64,000 bases of DNA, taken from assembly GCA_963845085.1 (NCBI GenBank), contig CAWJQI010000004.1, positions 608,001-672,000 on the forward strand. Reading direction: 5' to 3'. A program made the translations under genes and the position numbers. Of this stretch, positions 1-9,491 are shown in pieces. Each line of letters starts with the position of its first letter. Position 1 is the stretch's first letter. Source of the DNA: Candidatus Fermentibacterota bacterium (GTDB lineage: Bacteria; Fermentibacterota; Fermentibacteria; Fermentibacterales; JCC-6). The notes below the pieces were generated by a model that saw only the letters and a list, made by a program, of their open reading frames with translations, made no database searches and was not told the origin of the DNA.

Positions 1-381
1 GGGCAGAGCGTCAACACCACCGACAGCGCTGTGCGCATCACCCACATCCCTTCGGGTATCGTTGTGAGCTGTCAGGATGAGAAAAGCCAGCACAAGAACC
101 GTGCACAGGCCATGAAGGTGCTTCGATCAAGGCTTCTTGCCGCCAGGCAGGAGGAGGAGATGGCAAAAAGGTCTGAAACCCGGAAAAGCATGATCGGCTC
201 GGGTGACCGGAGCGCCAAGATCCGCACCTACAATTTCCCGCAGGGAAGGGTGACGGATCACCGGATCCACCTCACGCTTCACAACCTGCAGGGAATCCTT
301 CAGGGGGACCTTGATCAGCTCATCGACGCCCTGGTCGCAGCCGACCAGGAGAAAATGCTCTCGGATCGATCTACAAAATGA
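1..381 (+). CDS. prfA: Peptide chain release factor 1, C-terminal part (5' truncated by window)
   Basis: Frame reads [15 protein letters not shown]...[10 protein letters not shown]...[21 protein letters not shown]; followed directly by prmC. Confidence 0.95.
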   Translation, partial: GQSVNTTDSAVRITHIPSGIVVSCQDEKSQHKNRAQAMKVLRSRLLAARQEEEMAKRSETRKSMIGSGDRSAKIRTYNFPQGRVTDHRIHLTLHNLQGILQGDLDQLIDALVAADQEKMLSDRSTK

Positions 382-1202
382 ACCTTCACGAGCTGGTGAA
401 GGAACTTTCCGCCATCCTCTCCGGCACCGGGGAATCCCGGATGGAAGCAAAACTGATCGCTGCCAGCCTTTTCGACGGTGACCAGGCAAAAATGTACAGC
501 AGGTACCGGACCGAGGTGTCCCCGGAAGACGAAGCCCGCCTTCGGCATGCCGCTGCAAGACGGGCGCGGGGGGAACCCCTGCAGCACATACTGGGCGAGT
601 CCTGGTTCTATGGAAGAAGGTTCAGGTCGGACTCGCGCGCACTTGTGCCGCGGCCTGAAACAGAGGTGCTTGTCGCGGCGGTGCTCGCTGAATCCCTTCC
701 TCCCGCACCTTACATCCTCGACGTCGGCACCGGCAGCGGAGTGATCGGCATAACACTGGCCCTCGAACTCCCGGGCAGCACGGTCACCGGAACGGAGAAC
801 TCTTCCGCGGCCGCATCACTCGCACGGGAGAACGCACTTCTGCACAACGCCCGAAACTACAGTGTTGTCGAGACGGATTTGACCCGCGGTATCGACCGGC
901 GTTTTCATGCAGTGGTCGCGAACCTTCCCTACATCCCCACCGCCGACATCGCAGGCCTGATGAGGGAGGTCTCGTTCGACCCGGTGACGGCACTTGACGG
1001 CGGACCTTCGGGGCTCGACTGTATAGGCAGGCTGACAAGGAGTGCGGGAGATGTTCTGCTACCCGCCGGCCTCATGGCGCTGGAGATCGGGTACGACCAG
1101 GCGGAGGGGGTTTGTGCGCTTCTCGGCGGATGGAACCGGACCGTGGTTCACAGGGATCTGACGGGAAAACCGAGGGTCGTCACCGCAAGGATTGGGGGTT
1201 GA
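378..1202 (+). CDS. prmC: Release factor glutamine methyltransferase (HemK)
   Basis: [29 protein letters not shown] motifs; ATGA overlap with prfA. Confidence 0.95.
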   Translation: MNLHELVKELSAILSGTGESRMEAKLIAASLFDGDQAKMYSRYRTEVSPEDEARLRHAAARRARGEPLQHILGESWFYGRRFRSDSRALVPRPETEVLVAAVLAESLPPAPYILDVGTGSGVIGITLALELPGSTVTGTENSSAAASLARENALLHNARNYSVVETDLTRGIDRRFHAVVANLPYIPTADIAGLMREVSFDPVTALDGGPSGLDCIGRLTRSAGDVLLPAGLMALEIGYDQAEGVCALLGGWNRTVVHRDLTGKPRVVTARIGG

Positions 1203-2277
1203 TCTGGCCAGCTCAATGCAGGTAACCGCAGGCGGGCTTCTCCTGGGCGGAGGGGCTCCTGTCGCGGTGCAGTCCATGACCAACACCCCGACTACCGATG
1301 TCAAAGCAACACGCGGGCAGATCCGGGCCCTTGCGTCGGCCGGGGCTTCCCTTGTAAGGGTGTCCGTTCCCGACGAGGCCTCTGCCAGGGCCCTCCCGGA
1401 GATACTCGCCGATTCGCCCGTTCCGCTCGTGGCTGACATTCACTTCCAGGCCCGCCTGGCCCTGCTGTCCCTTGATGCGGGCATTCACAAACTGAGGCTG
1501 AATCCGGGCAACATCCGCCGAAAGGCCGATGTGCGGCGCATAGCAGAAAAAGCGGGCGAACTCGGGGTCCCCATCAGGGTGGGGGTCAATTCGGGAAGCA
1601 TTCCCGGCGACATCAGGGAAAGGTACGGCACTGGGGCCGACGCCCTGTGGGCTGCCGCAGAGAGGCATCTCGAGCTTTTGAGGGAAGTCGGGTTCACACA
1701 GGTAGTGGTTTCCATCAAGGCATCCGACCCGATGCTGACCGTCGAGGCCAACCTGAAGGCGGCGGCGCTGTGCGACAACCCCTTTCACCTCGGGGTCACC
1801 GAGGCCGGTCCGCCATCCACGGCAGGTGTGAGAAGCGCCGTGGCCATGGCTCTTCTTCTCTCGAAGGGCGTCGGCGACACCATCAGGGTGTCGGCGTCGG
1901 GTTCGCCCCTCGTGGAACCCCCGTTGGGTCTTGAAATATTATCTTCTCTTGGTTTGCTTCGCAGGGCGAGGGTGGTGAGCTGTCCCACCTGCGCCAGGAC
2001 AAGGCTTGACGTGGCGGCGCTTGCCGAGGAGGTGGGGCTTGCCCTTCGCACCTGCGAAAAGCCCATAACCGTTGCGGTCATGGGCTGCGAGGTGAATGGC
2101 CCCGGAGAGGCCCGGGAAGCCGATATTGCACTGATTGGAACCCCCACGGGAATACTTCTCTGGCTTGGAGGCAAGGCTGCGGGAGAGGTTGCACCGGAAC
2201 TGGCACTTCAAACCCTGATGAGGGAGATCGCGAGGATTTCCGCGACGGGAGGATGCAGTGAACGAGAACACGGTTGA
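1192..2277 (+). CDS. ispG: (E)-4-hydroxy-3-methylbut-2-enyl-diphosphate synthase
   Basis: VQSMTNT, PLVADIHF, RLNPGNI, IRVGVNSGS, HLGVTEAG, SCPTCAR, MGCEVNGPGEA; start codon uncertain. Confidence 0.95.
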   Translation: MGVDLASSMQVTAGGLLLGGGAPVAVQSMTNTPTTDVKATRGQIRALASAGASLVRVSVPDEASARALPEILADSPVPLVADIHFQARLALLSLDAGIHKLRLNPGNIRRKADVRRIAEKAGELGVPIRVGVNSGSIPGDIRERYGTGADALWAAAERHLELLREVGFTQVVVSIKASDPMLTVEANLKAAALCDNPFHLGVTEAGPPSTAGVRSAVAMALLLSKGVGDTIRVSASGSPLVEPPLGLEILSSLGLLRRARVVSCPTCARTRLDVAALAEEVGLALRTCEKPITVAVMGCEVNGPGEAREADIALIGTPTGILLWLGGKAAGEVAPELALQTLMREIARISATGGCSEREHG

Positions 2278-3682
2278 GGCCGTAAGAAAAAGACTTGCAG
2301 ATCGGAACATCGAGGAAATTGATATCCGCTTCTGTGATCTGCTGGGTTTCTGGAGGCATGTCACTCTGCCGGTGGCTCTCGGTGACACCGACCTTTTCAA
2401 GCGGGGCGTTGGGTTCGACGGCTCAACGCTTGACGGAATGACGGCCACCGAGGCCGGCGACCTCTGCCTGGTGCCCGATCCCAGAAGGATCTTCTTCGAT
2501 CCGTTCATGAAAAAGCCAACGGCTGCATTCATCGGCGACATCATCCATCCCGATTCCGGAAGACCGTTCTCACGCGACCCGAGGGGGGTTGCGAAGAAGG
2601 CTGCTGAGCTTGCCAGATTCGAGGGTGCCGCCACCGAAACGTACTGGGCGCCCGAGTTCGAGTTCTACCTGTTCGACAAGGCTGCGTTCTGGGCAAGAAC
2701 GGGCACCGCGGGATATTCATTCGAGCACATTGAGATGCCGTCGGCCGCCGAGCATTCGCAGAACATGGGGCTGGTGCACTCAACCCATTCCGCCTACCAC
2801 ATGATGACCCCGCTCGACAGCATGCACGACCTCCGCTCCGAGATGGCCTCGCATATGACTGCGGCAGGCATCCCGGTGAAATACCATCACCACGAGGTGG
2901 GAAGGTTCGGCCAGTGTGAGATCGAGACCAGGTTCATGCCGATGCTCAACGCCGCCGACACGATAATGATCACCAAGCACATCGTTCGGAACGTCGCCAT
3001 GCGGGGCAACATGGCCTCGACATTCATGGCGAAGCCGCTCCCCGGCCAGCCCGGCAGCGGCATGCACTTCCACATCTACTTCGAGAAAAACGGCGAGAGA
3101 ACCTTCTTCGACAGGGATGGGTACTGCTGCCTCAGCTCCACTGCCAGGAGCGCCATCGCCGGCATACTGCATCATGCTCCGGCGCTCTGCGCCTTCACGA
3201 ACCCCAGCGTGAACAGCTACCACCGGCTTGTTCCGGCCCAGGAGGCGCCTGTCTACAGGTTCTTCAGCGGACCCAACCGCAGCAGCGCCATCAGGGTGCC
3301 CGCCTACGCGAGAACACCGCAGAAGATGAGGTTCGAGTACCGCGTTCCCGACGGAACGTCAAATCCGTACCTTTGCACTGCGGCAATTCTCATGGCGGCA
3401 CTTGACGGAATCCGCAACAACATGGAGCCGGAGAAGATGGGTTTCGGCCCCATCGACGCCAACGTGTTTGCACCGGGGTACGACACCTCCCTCCTTTCCA
3501 GGCTTCCTGAAAACCTCGGGCAGGCTCTTGACGCCCTCACGAAGGACAGGTCCTTCCTCGAGGAGAACGGTGTCTTCGAGGCCGACCTGATAGACAGTCT
3601 GCTCGAGGTAAAGCGCGAGGAACTCAGGGGATTCAGCGGAAACCCACACCCCATGGAACACATGCTCTATTTCTCACTGTAG
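2258..3682 (+). CDS. glnA: Type I glutamine synthetase
   Basis: FDGST, APEFEFYLF, HHHEVG, GSGMHFH, NRSSAIRVP, RFEYRVPD motifs. Confidence 0.95.
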   Translation: MNENTVEAVRKRLADRNIEEIDIRFCDLLGFWRHVTLPVALGDTDLFKRGVGFDGSTLDGMTATEAGDLCLVPDPRRIFFDPFMKKPTAAFIGDIIHPDSGRPFSRDPRGVAKKAAELARFEGAATETYWAPEFEFYLFDKAAFWARTGTAGYSFEHIEMPSAAEHSQNMGLVHSTHSAYHMMTPLDSMHDLRSEMASHMTAAGIPVKYHHHEVGRFGQCEIETRFMPMLNAADTIMITKHIVRNVAMRGNMASTFMAKPLPGQPGSGMHFHIYFEKNGERTFFDRDGYCCLSSTARSAIAGILHHAPALCAFTNPSVNSYHRLVPAQEAPVYRFFSGPNRSSAIRVPAYARTPQKMRFEYRVPDGTSNPYLCTAAILMAALDGIRNNMEPEKMGFGPIDANVFAPGYDTSLLSRLPENLGQALDALTKDRSFLEENGVFEADLIDSLLEVKREELRGFSGNPHPMEHMLYFSL

Positions 3683-3695
3683 GGGAGAACGAATC

Positions 3696-4823
3696 ATGAA
3701 ATATGTCATTCTACCGATGATGGCGCTGATGCTGCTCTTCTCGTGCGGCACCCAGGAGGAACCAGTGGAAGCCGCGGAAGAAGAGACCGTTGAAGGCTTC
3801 CCCGAAGTTGATGAGTGGCTCTCCATCACCGATTCCATAGGTGTGGAGCTGGGCGACAGCAACCTTGTTCTCGGCATGCCGGCGGTGGCCGCCTGGATGC
3901 CGGGTAACCGCATAGCCGTAATGGATATGCAAAAGTTCAGGGTATCCGTTTTCACACCCGACGGCGAGTTCATTTCCTCCGTCGGACGAATGGGCAGCGG
4001 TCCCGGCGAGTTCCTTCTTCCCTCATGGCTCTCCGTGACACCGTCGGGAGGTCTTGCCGTGTGCGATGCCATGGCGGGCGAGCTCGACTTCTTCAGCCCG
4101 GAACTGGAATACACGGGCAGCCTCAGCGGGTTTTTCCCCTCCCCGCCGGTGATCACCGTTTTCCTCACTGATTCCGTATTCGTTGGAATGAAGCCGGAAT
4201 TCGAGCAGAACGACCAGGGGATGTTCATGGGCTACTCCGTATCCCGCTATCACATCGCATCTCCCGAACCAGAAGTTGTCTACTACAACGAACTCTCACC
4301 CTTCGACCCTTCGGACATGTCGGGCATCACCGGCAACATGGTTGTCTTTGCGGCATCCCCCGAAGGAAATGTCTACACGACCGTCTTCTCAACCGAGGAA
4401 TACTCCTTCGATGCCTGGAATCCCGACGGAACACCTCTCTTCTCGGTGAGCGAACCCTTCACGAGTGTGGAGAAAAGCCAGGAGGACATCGATCTGGAGA
4501 GGCAGTTCGTAAGGGACCGCATGCGCCAGGGCGGCGCGCCCGACTTCATGGTGGAATCCTACGAACCCGATCCCTTCAGGTACGCCATCGGTTCTCTCGG
4601 CATAGCACCGGACGGCAATCTCTGGGTGGGCTCCGGCCTCTACAACCACCCCGTTTTCAGGGTGTACGACCCCCTGAACGGCGAATACCTCTTCACCGCC
4701 GCTCTCGAATCTCCCGCAGAGAGCCTTGACTACACTGTGCAGATGAACAGCTGGGGATTCACGGCCATTGACCAGATGTCGGGTGACTGGCCCCGGGTAT
4801 ACGTGCTGGAGGAGGGGAACTGA
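3696..4823 (+). CDS. 6-bladed beta-propeller (NHL-like) lipoprotein
   Basis: Lipobox LLFS-C; VFTPDGEFISSVGRMGSGPGEF NHL-type blade. Confidence 0.75.
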   Translation: MKYVILPMMALMLLFSCGTQEEPVEAAEEETVEGFPEVDEWLSITDSIGVELGDSNLVLGMPAVAAWMPGNRIAVMDMQKFRVSVFTPDGEFISSVGRMGSGPGEFLLPSWLSVTPSGGLAVCDAMAGELDFFSPELEYTGSLSGFFPSPPVITVFLTDSVFVGMKPEFEQNDQGMFMGYSVSRYHIASPEPEVVYYNELSPFDPSDMSGITGNMVVFAASPEGNVYTTVFSTEEYSFDAWNPDGTPLFSVSEPFTSVEKSQEDIDLERQFVRDRMRQGGAPDFMVESYEPDPFRYAIGSLGIAPDGNLWVGSGLYNHPVFRVYDPLNGEYLFTAALESPAESLDYTVQMNSWGFTAIDQMSGDWPRVYVLEEGN

Positions 4824-5071
4824 ACCTTCTGATCGTGCTGCTGTTGTCCTTCGAATCGGGTTATGCCGCCTCCGGGGACAGCAGCAGCGTGATCATCGAC
4901 CTTTTGCCGGATTTCATCTCACAGCCCGTCGGGGATATTGTCGAACGGGTTTCCGAGATCGTATCTGCATGGGAAAGCCTCGGTTTTGAAAATTCGAACT
5001 GGGAGGTGCGGATCAACCCCTACGATCCGCTGTCCGGAATATCGACGGTCAAGATCAGGTTGAACTTCTGA
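4820..5071 (+). CDS. Small hypothetical exported protein (start 4820 CTG or 4835 GTG)
   Basis: Strong GGAGGAGGGG SD, hydrophobic N-terminus, coupled to the upstream stop; fills the gap between convergent operons. Confidence 0.5.
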   Translation: MNLLIVLLLSFESGYAASGDSSSVIIDLLPDFISQPVGDIVERVSEIVSAWESLGFENSNWEVRINPYDPLSGISTVKIRLNF

Positions 5072-5604
5072 GCAGAATCGCCCTCACGGGGGAACCGTCG
5101 CCCCCGACTATTCGAAGCGGAAGGCAGACGAGGGTGTAGTGCCCGGGCTGCACGCCGTCGAGAAGAAGGTTCTCCACAATCGGCACCCCGGCTCCGAGCA
5201 GCGCGACATGAGCGTCCTCACATCCCTCCGCGTCAATGGACATTTCCGAAGTGCCCACCAGTTCGGCATCCTTCCGCCACAAGCCTGGAAGCCTCGTCGC
5301 CGGTAATGCTGCGCTGAAGCAGTACGGCGCATCCCCTCACCTTCCCGGGGGGATCCGCGCATACAAGCGCCGGAAGAACCATTTTGTCCAGCGGGATCAT
5401 GTCGATCGGCATGCCGCCGGGTATCCTGTGAAGCGGGGCGTCCATGTGCGTGCCCGAATGGGCGCTCATCCTCAGCCTGGAAACCGTGAACCCGCCCTGA
5501 ACGACTTCCGTTCTCCTGAAGGGGGCATCCCCGGGCCAGGGAACTGTATCTGAGGAAAGGGGCTTGGTGATGTCTATCGCATCACAGCCTGTCATGGGCT
5601 TCAC
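5055..5604 (-). pseudogene. Cyclase/kynurenine formamidase family protein split by a frameshift near 5262
   Basis: 5' ORF has PWPGD and HSGTHMDAP; 3' ORF has SID, H..LL, IVENL, LPLRIVGGDGSPVRAIL in another frame. Confidence 0.8.
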
Positions 5605-6217
5605 TGCAATCTCCCTTCAGAGGGCACGCCGGGCAGCGGGGTCCGACGGGACGGCAGACAGTCTGGCCGAACCGGACGAAAACGTGGTTCAGCCCGGTCC
5701 AGAAAGCCTCTGGAAATAACCTCATCAGCTCATTTTCGGTGGCCTCGGGGGATCTCGTGGCGACAAGCCCGATTCGGTTCGAGACCCTGTGAACATGAAC
5801 GTCCACACAGACAGCCGGAATGCCGAAAGCGATGCCAAGAACGAAGGCAGCCGTCTTCCCCCCGACCCCGGGAAGAGCTGTCAGTTCCTCCCTGTTCGCA
5901 GGAACAACTCCATCATGCCTTTCGCAGAGCGCCTGTGCGGTCTGTGAGAGCTGGCGGGCCTTCACACGGTAGAAACCTGCGGGATGGAGCAAAGCCTCAA
6001 GTTCACCCGGGGGCAGTGCGGCGAGGGCGGCCGGTGTTGATGCCCTCTTCAGAACCCTTTCCGTCACCATGGCTGTGACGGCGTCCCTCGTTCGAAGGCT
6101 TATCACTGTTCCCACGAGCACGCTGAAGGGGTCGTTGCCGGCCGCCAGCGGGGCAGGGATGCCGGTATCTCCGAGATGATCACGCATCCGGAGGAATACC
6201 GCCACTGCATCCTTCAC
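5582..6217 (-). CDS. nth: Endonuclease III
   Basis: HhH LPGVGGKTA, VDVHVHRVSNR, C-x6-C-x2-C-x5-C Fe-S motif. Confidence 0.9.
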   Translation of the reverse strand: MKDAVAVFLRMRDHLGDTGIPAPLAAGNDPFSVLVGTVISLRTRDAVTAMVTERVLKRASTPAALAALPPGELEALLHPAGFYRVKARQLSQTAQALCERHDGVVPANREELTALPGVGGKTAAFVLGIAFGIPAVCVDVHVHRVSNRIGLVATRSPEATENELMRLFPEAFWTGLNHVFVRFGQTVCRPVGPRCPACPLKGDCSEAHDRL

Positions 6218-7437
6218 CGGATCCGCACCAGTCTGATTCCCCTTGTTCTGCTGAGTATCAGACCCAGCCTGCCGTTGAAGAGGTCGACAAGCTCCTCGCC
6301 GAGGGCATCCTTTCGCCAGCCGGGGATGCCGGTTCTTGCCTGAAGATCCTCGAGCGACTGGGGGGGATTGTCAAGCAGCTCTTCAAAGGCTTCTTTCGGG
6401 AGTAGCACCGTGGGGGATATTTTAAGCTCGGCCGACTTCTTCTTCAGGAAAATCCTGAGAATGTCCTTTCGGGCGGAACGGCCCCAGTCCTGATCGGGAG
6501 GCTCGACCGGCGGAGTGTCGCCTGGCGGATTCGCCGAGCACTCCGCACTTATCCTGACGATTTCCGCGCCGTATTTCTCCGTGAATCCGCCGGGCAGGCC
6601 GCGGAGTACCGCAAGGTCCTCGGGCGATGAAGGCGAGAGGATCGCTATCCTGCAGAGAAGGGAATCCTGGGCGATGAACTGCCTGGGCCTGTTCATCGAG
6701 CGTGCGAGTTCCTCGCGCCAGTTCACCAGCCTCCAGAGAAGCGGGTGATGCTGGGGTTTCACCTTGTCAGCGGATCGTGTTCTTCTGAACTGGTCCTGCG
6801 GGGACATGCTGTAGGTCTCGGAATCGGTAAGCGATGCGGATTCGTCAAGGAACCACTGCATCCTGCCCTTGCGCTCGAGCTGCGCCTTCAGCTTCCCGTA
6901 CATCTCCGGCAGGTAACGTACGTCATCGAGCGCGTAAAGCACCTGATCGGGTGAGAGGGGGCGGGCGGACCAGTCGCTCATGGAGTACTGCTTCGGCGGT
7001 TTTGCCTTGCAAACGGTCTTTACAAGGTTGGCAAGGCTCATCTGCTCGCCGTACCCCAGAAAGGCTGCCGCTATCTGCGTGTCAAAAACGTTGTTAATGG
7101 AAATACCGGGGATGTGGTGAAGGAGGACCCCGATGTCGTTCCTTGCGGAATGAATGATCTTGACCACGTTCCGGTTCTCGAGCAGCGCCCCGAGGGGTGA
7201 GAGGTCGGGAACCGCGAGGGGATCGATGGCTGCGGGGCTGACTCCTGCGCCGGAAATCTGCACGAGATACAGATCGGGCCAGTACCTTTTCTCGCCATGG
7301 AATTCTGTGTCTATCGCCACCGCTTCCTCGCGGCCGCACCTTTCCATGAGCTCGGCAAGGCTCTCCGGCGTGTCGATGAGAGGAGGCTGCGGGGGGGTCA
7401 CGGGTTCACCGGAGTCGACGCCGCGTGATGCAGGCAA
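6214..7437 (-). CDS. rnd: Ribonuclease D
   Basis: AIDTEF, VFDTQIAA, SDWSARPLS..Q..YALDDV, HRDC region; start uncertain. Confidence 0.9.
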   Translation of the reverse strand: MPASRGVDSGEPVTPPQPPLIDTPESLAELMERCGREEAVAIDTEFHGEKRYWPDLYLVQISGAGVSPAAIDPLAVPDLSPLGALLENRNVVKIIHSARNDIGVLLHHIPGISINNVFDTQIAAAFLGYGEQMSLANLVKTVCKAKPPKQYSMSDWSARPLSPDQVLYALDDVRYLPEMYGKLKAQLERKGRMQWFLDESASLTDSETYSMSPQDQFRRTRSADKVKPQHHPLLWRLVNWREELARSMNRPRQFIAQDSLLCRIAILSPSSPEDLAVLRGLPGGFTEKYGAEIVRISAECSANPPGDTPPVEPPDQDWGRSARKDILRIFLKKKSAELKISPTVLLPKEAFEELLDNPPQSLEDLQARTGIPGWRKDALGEELVDLFNGRLGLILSRTRGIRLVRIR

Positions 7438-8129
7438 AGCACGCTGTCGCCCTGAAGGACGTAGTATGAGTAGCCGTTGTCGGGGCAGCGCCAGCCTCCG
7501 CGCTGGCCAATTTCCCCTCCGGACACCGTGTGGATGCTCTCAAGATCGGTTGGCATTGAATACCCACGGCTCAGGAAGTCCCTCACAACACCGGCAACCT
7601 CCCCGCGCCGGATCGCGCACGCCTCAGATGTAAGCCTGAGGCCGCTCCCAAGGTGCCCCGACGGGCAGATCAGGAGGTTCTGCCCGACCGAGTATTCACG
7701 GCCTGAAACAGGACAGACGCCCGAGCCTGACGCAGCCGCGGCCCTGCAGAGAAGAACCGCCCCTCCCAGCAGGCCGTCCAGCATCGCATCACCCCTGACG
7801 CGGTACCCGGCTTCGGTCTCTGCAAGCCAGACCACCCTGACGTTTCCGCCGGAAACTGCCGCCATGCGGATTCCGCGGCTGTCAGTGCCGTCCATCAAAA
7901 CCCGTTCAGGCGAGGACAGCCCTTCAAGACCATCGAGAAATGCAGGCGATACAAGCAGGGCAAGGCTGTCGGAAAGCATCCCCCATGCTTCGTCCGGGGG
8001 TGTCTCATCGAGGGCGGCAAGGTACTCCGTCACGAAACCGGACCTGATCATTCCAGGGCTTTGGGATCGGGCGACAAAAGCAATCAGAACAAGCAGAGGA
8101 ATGAGCATGAAGGGCAGGGCTTTTCTCAT
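7398..8129 (-). CDS. Hypothetical membrane-anchored protein with two Cys/His motifs
   Basis: N-terminal TM (MRKALPFMLIPLLVLIAF); CPVSG..Y..CPSGH and CPDNG..Y..CLHH; TGATG overlap with upstream gene. Confidence 0.7.
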   Translation of the reverse strand: MRKALPFMLIPLLVLIAFVARSQSPGMIRSGFVTEYLAALDETPPDEAWGMLSDSLALLVSPAFLDGLEGLSSPERVLMDGTDSRGIRMAAVSGGNVRVVWLAETEAGYRVRGDAMLDGLLGGAVLLCRAAAASGSGVCPVSGREYSVGQNLLICPSGHLGSGLRLTSEACAIRRGEVAGVVRDFLSRGYSMPTDLESIHTVSGGEIGQRGGWRCPDNGYSYYVLQGDSVLCLHHAASTPVNP

Positions 8130-9073
8130 CACCTGTCCCCGCGTCCCTCGGATGACCTTCCACCCGTGCTCACACCGAAGATGTCGCCAAGGTCCAACCC
8201 AATGCCGCTCACTATTATGCCCCACTCCTTGTCGATGTTTTCACCGGCAAGCCGGATGTACACATCGGCGTTGAACTTCATCTGGGGGTTGGTCAGCATG
8301 AAACCGCCCCTGAGGTCGAAGTAGCTTCGACCGCTTCCGTTCACTTCCACACTGCCGGCCTCGGTGTCATAGCTGGTCTGCCCCCGGGTGGCGAACTCAC
8401 CGCCCACACGCACCGAGAGCTCGGGGTTTATGGGGGCGACAAGAAACCCGCACCCGCGCAATTCAACCCCCGGCGAGGTTTCGCTGCTGTCGTTCTGGGT
8501 TCCGGGGATCTTGTCCCAGGCGGTGAAGTAATATCTCAGCCCGCCCGTCACGTCGAACCGGGAACCGCTGCGCGGTCCGAGGGGAAGCTCGAAGCTCGCT
8601 GCTATCTCGGCCGCCATGTGCGGGTCGCTTCTCGGAGGGTCCGCGCTTTCAAGGTACCCTTTGAAGGCCGGCCTGAAAGCGCCCCGGAGGAGATAATGGG
8701 GGGAGCGGCTCATCCAGCCGTCAAGGCTGATCCACGGATCGGTGATCCCGATGTTCGATTCCTCGGAGCCGGAGAGCTGAAGGTACATCGGCAGCACCAG
8801 GCTGATGGTATGGCTGGACGTCAGGCCGTACCTTCCGGTCCATGCGGCCTGCAGAAGACTCTGCGTTTCCCGGTGCTCATACAGGCTGTCGAATCCGAGC
8901 GTGTCGGTCTCCCAGTAGGAGCCGGCCGAAAAGTAGCCGATGGCGAAATCCCCGGTGGATTCGGTAGACCTTAGAACCCTCGTAAGACCGTTGTAGTAGA
9001 GGGGGTCCCAACCCTGGGCGGCTCCCAGAATGCAAAGCGCCGCCAGCGGAAATAGGAGTATGCGAATGCTCAT
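8129..9073 (-). CDS. Putative outer-membrane beta-barrel protein
   Basis: Signal peptide; alternating aromatic/Gly beta-strand pattern; SNIGITDPWISL resembles transporter-type barrels. Confidence 0.65.
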   Translation of the reverse strand: MSIRILLFPLAALCILGAAQGWDPLYYNGLTRVLRSTESTGDFAIGYFSAGSYWETDTLGFDSLYEHRETQSLLQAAWTGRYGLTSSHTISLVLPMYLQLSGSEESNIGITDPWISLDGWMSRSPHYLLRGAFRPAFKGYLESADPPRSDPHMAAEIAASFELPLGPRSGSRFDVTGGLRYYFTAWDKIPGTQNDSSETSPGVELRGCGFLVAPINPELSVRVGGEFATRGQTSYDTEAGSVEVNGSGRSYFDLRGGFMLTNPQMKFNADVYIRLAGENIDKEWGIIVSGIGLDLGDIFGVSTGGRSSEGRGDR

Positions 9074-9375
9074 GCTTCCTCCCGGTCGAATGTTATCTCA
9101 AAGGAACGGGAATTGTCTATGCAGGGAACGATCCTTGTTTCAACGGAATGCACCGAGGCGTTGCGGGGACCGCGGGACAGAAGGTTCACGAAGCTGTTCA
9201 CCGCTTCCACGTCTCCCTGGGCGCAGGCTCCGACGGAGCCGTCCCGCCTGTTCCACACCATTCCGGTAACGCCGAGGGAATCGGCAAGCCGTTTCGTCCA
9301 CCATCTGAAACCCACGCCCTGGACAAATCCCCTCACCGTGACAGCCATGCGGACCTGTTCCCTGTTCTTCATCAC
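9070..9375 (-). CDS. acyP: Acylphosphatase
   Basis: VRGFVQGVGFRW, GMVWNRRDGSV, GPRNASV. Confidence 0.9.
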   Translation of the reverse strand: MMKNREQVRMAVTVRGFVQGVGFRWWTKRLADSLGVTGMVWNRRDGSVGACAQGDVEAVNSFVNLLSRGPRNASVHSVETRIVPCIDNSRSFEITFDREEA

Positions 9376-9491
9376 AAGCCCCTTCCATAAACACGCCGCG
9401 AGCAGGGGTCAAGCTCATTGACTTGTATCACCGTTACCAAACATGTTTGACTGGAAAATAATGGCTGATCCGGTCTGAAAGGAGACCTCTC

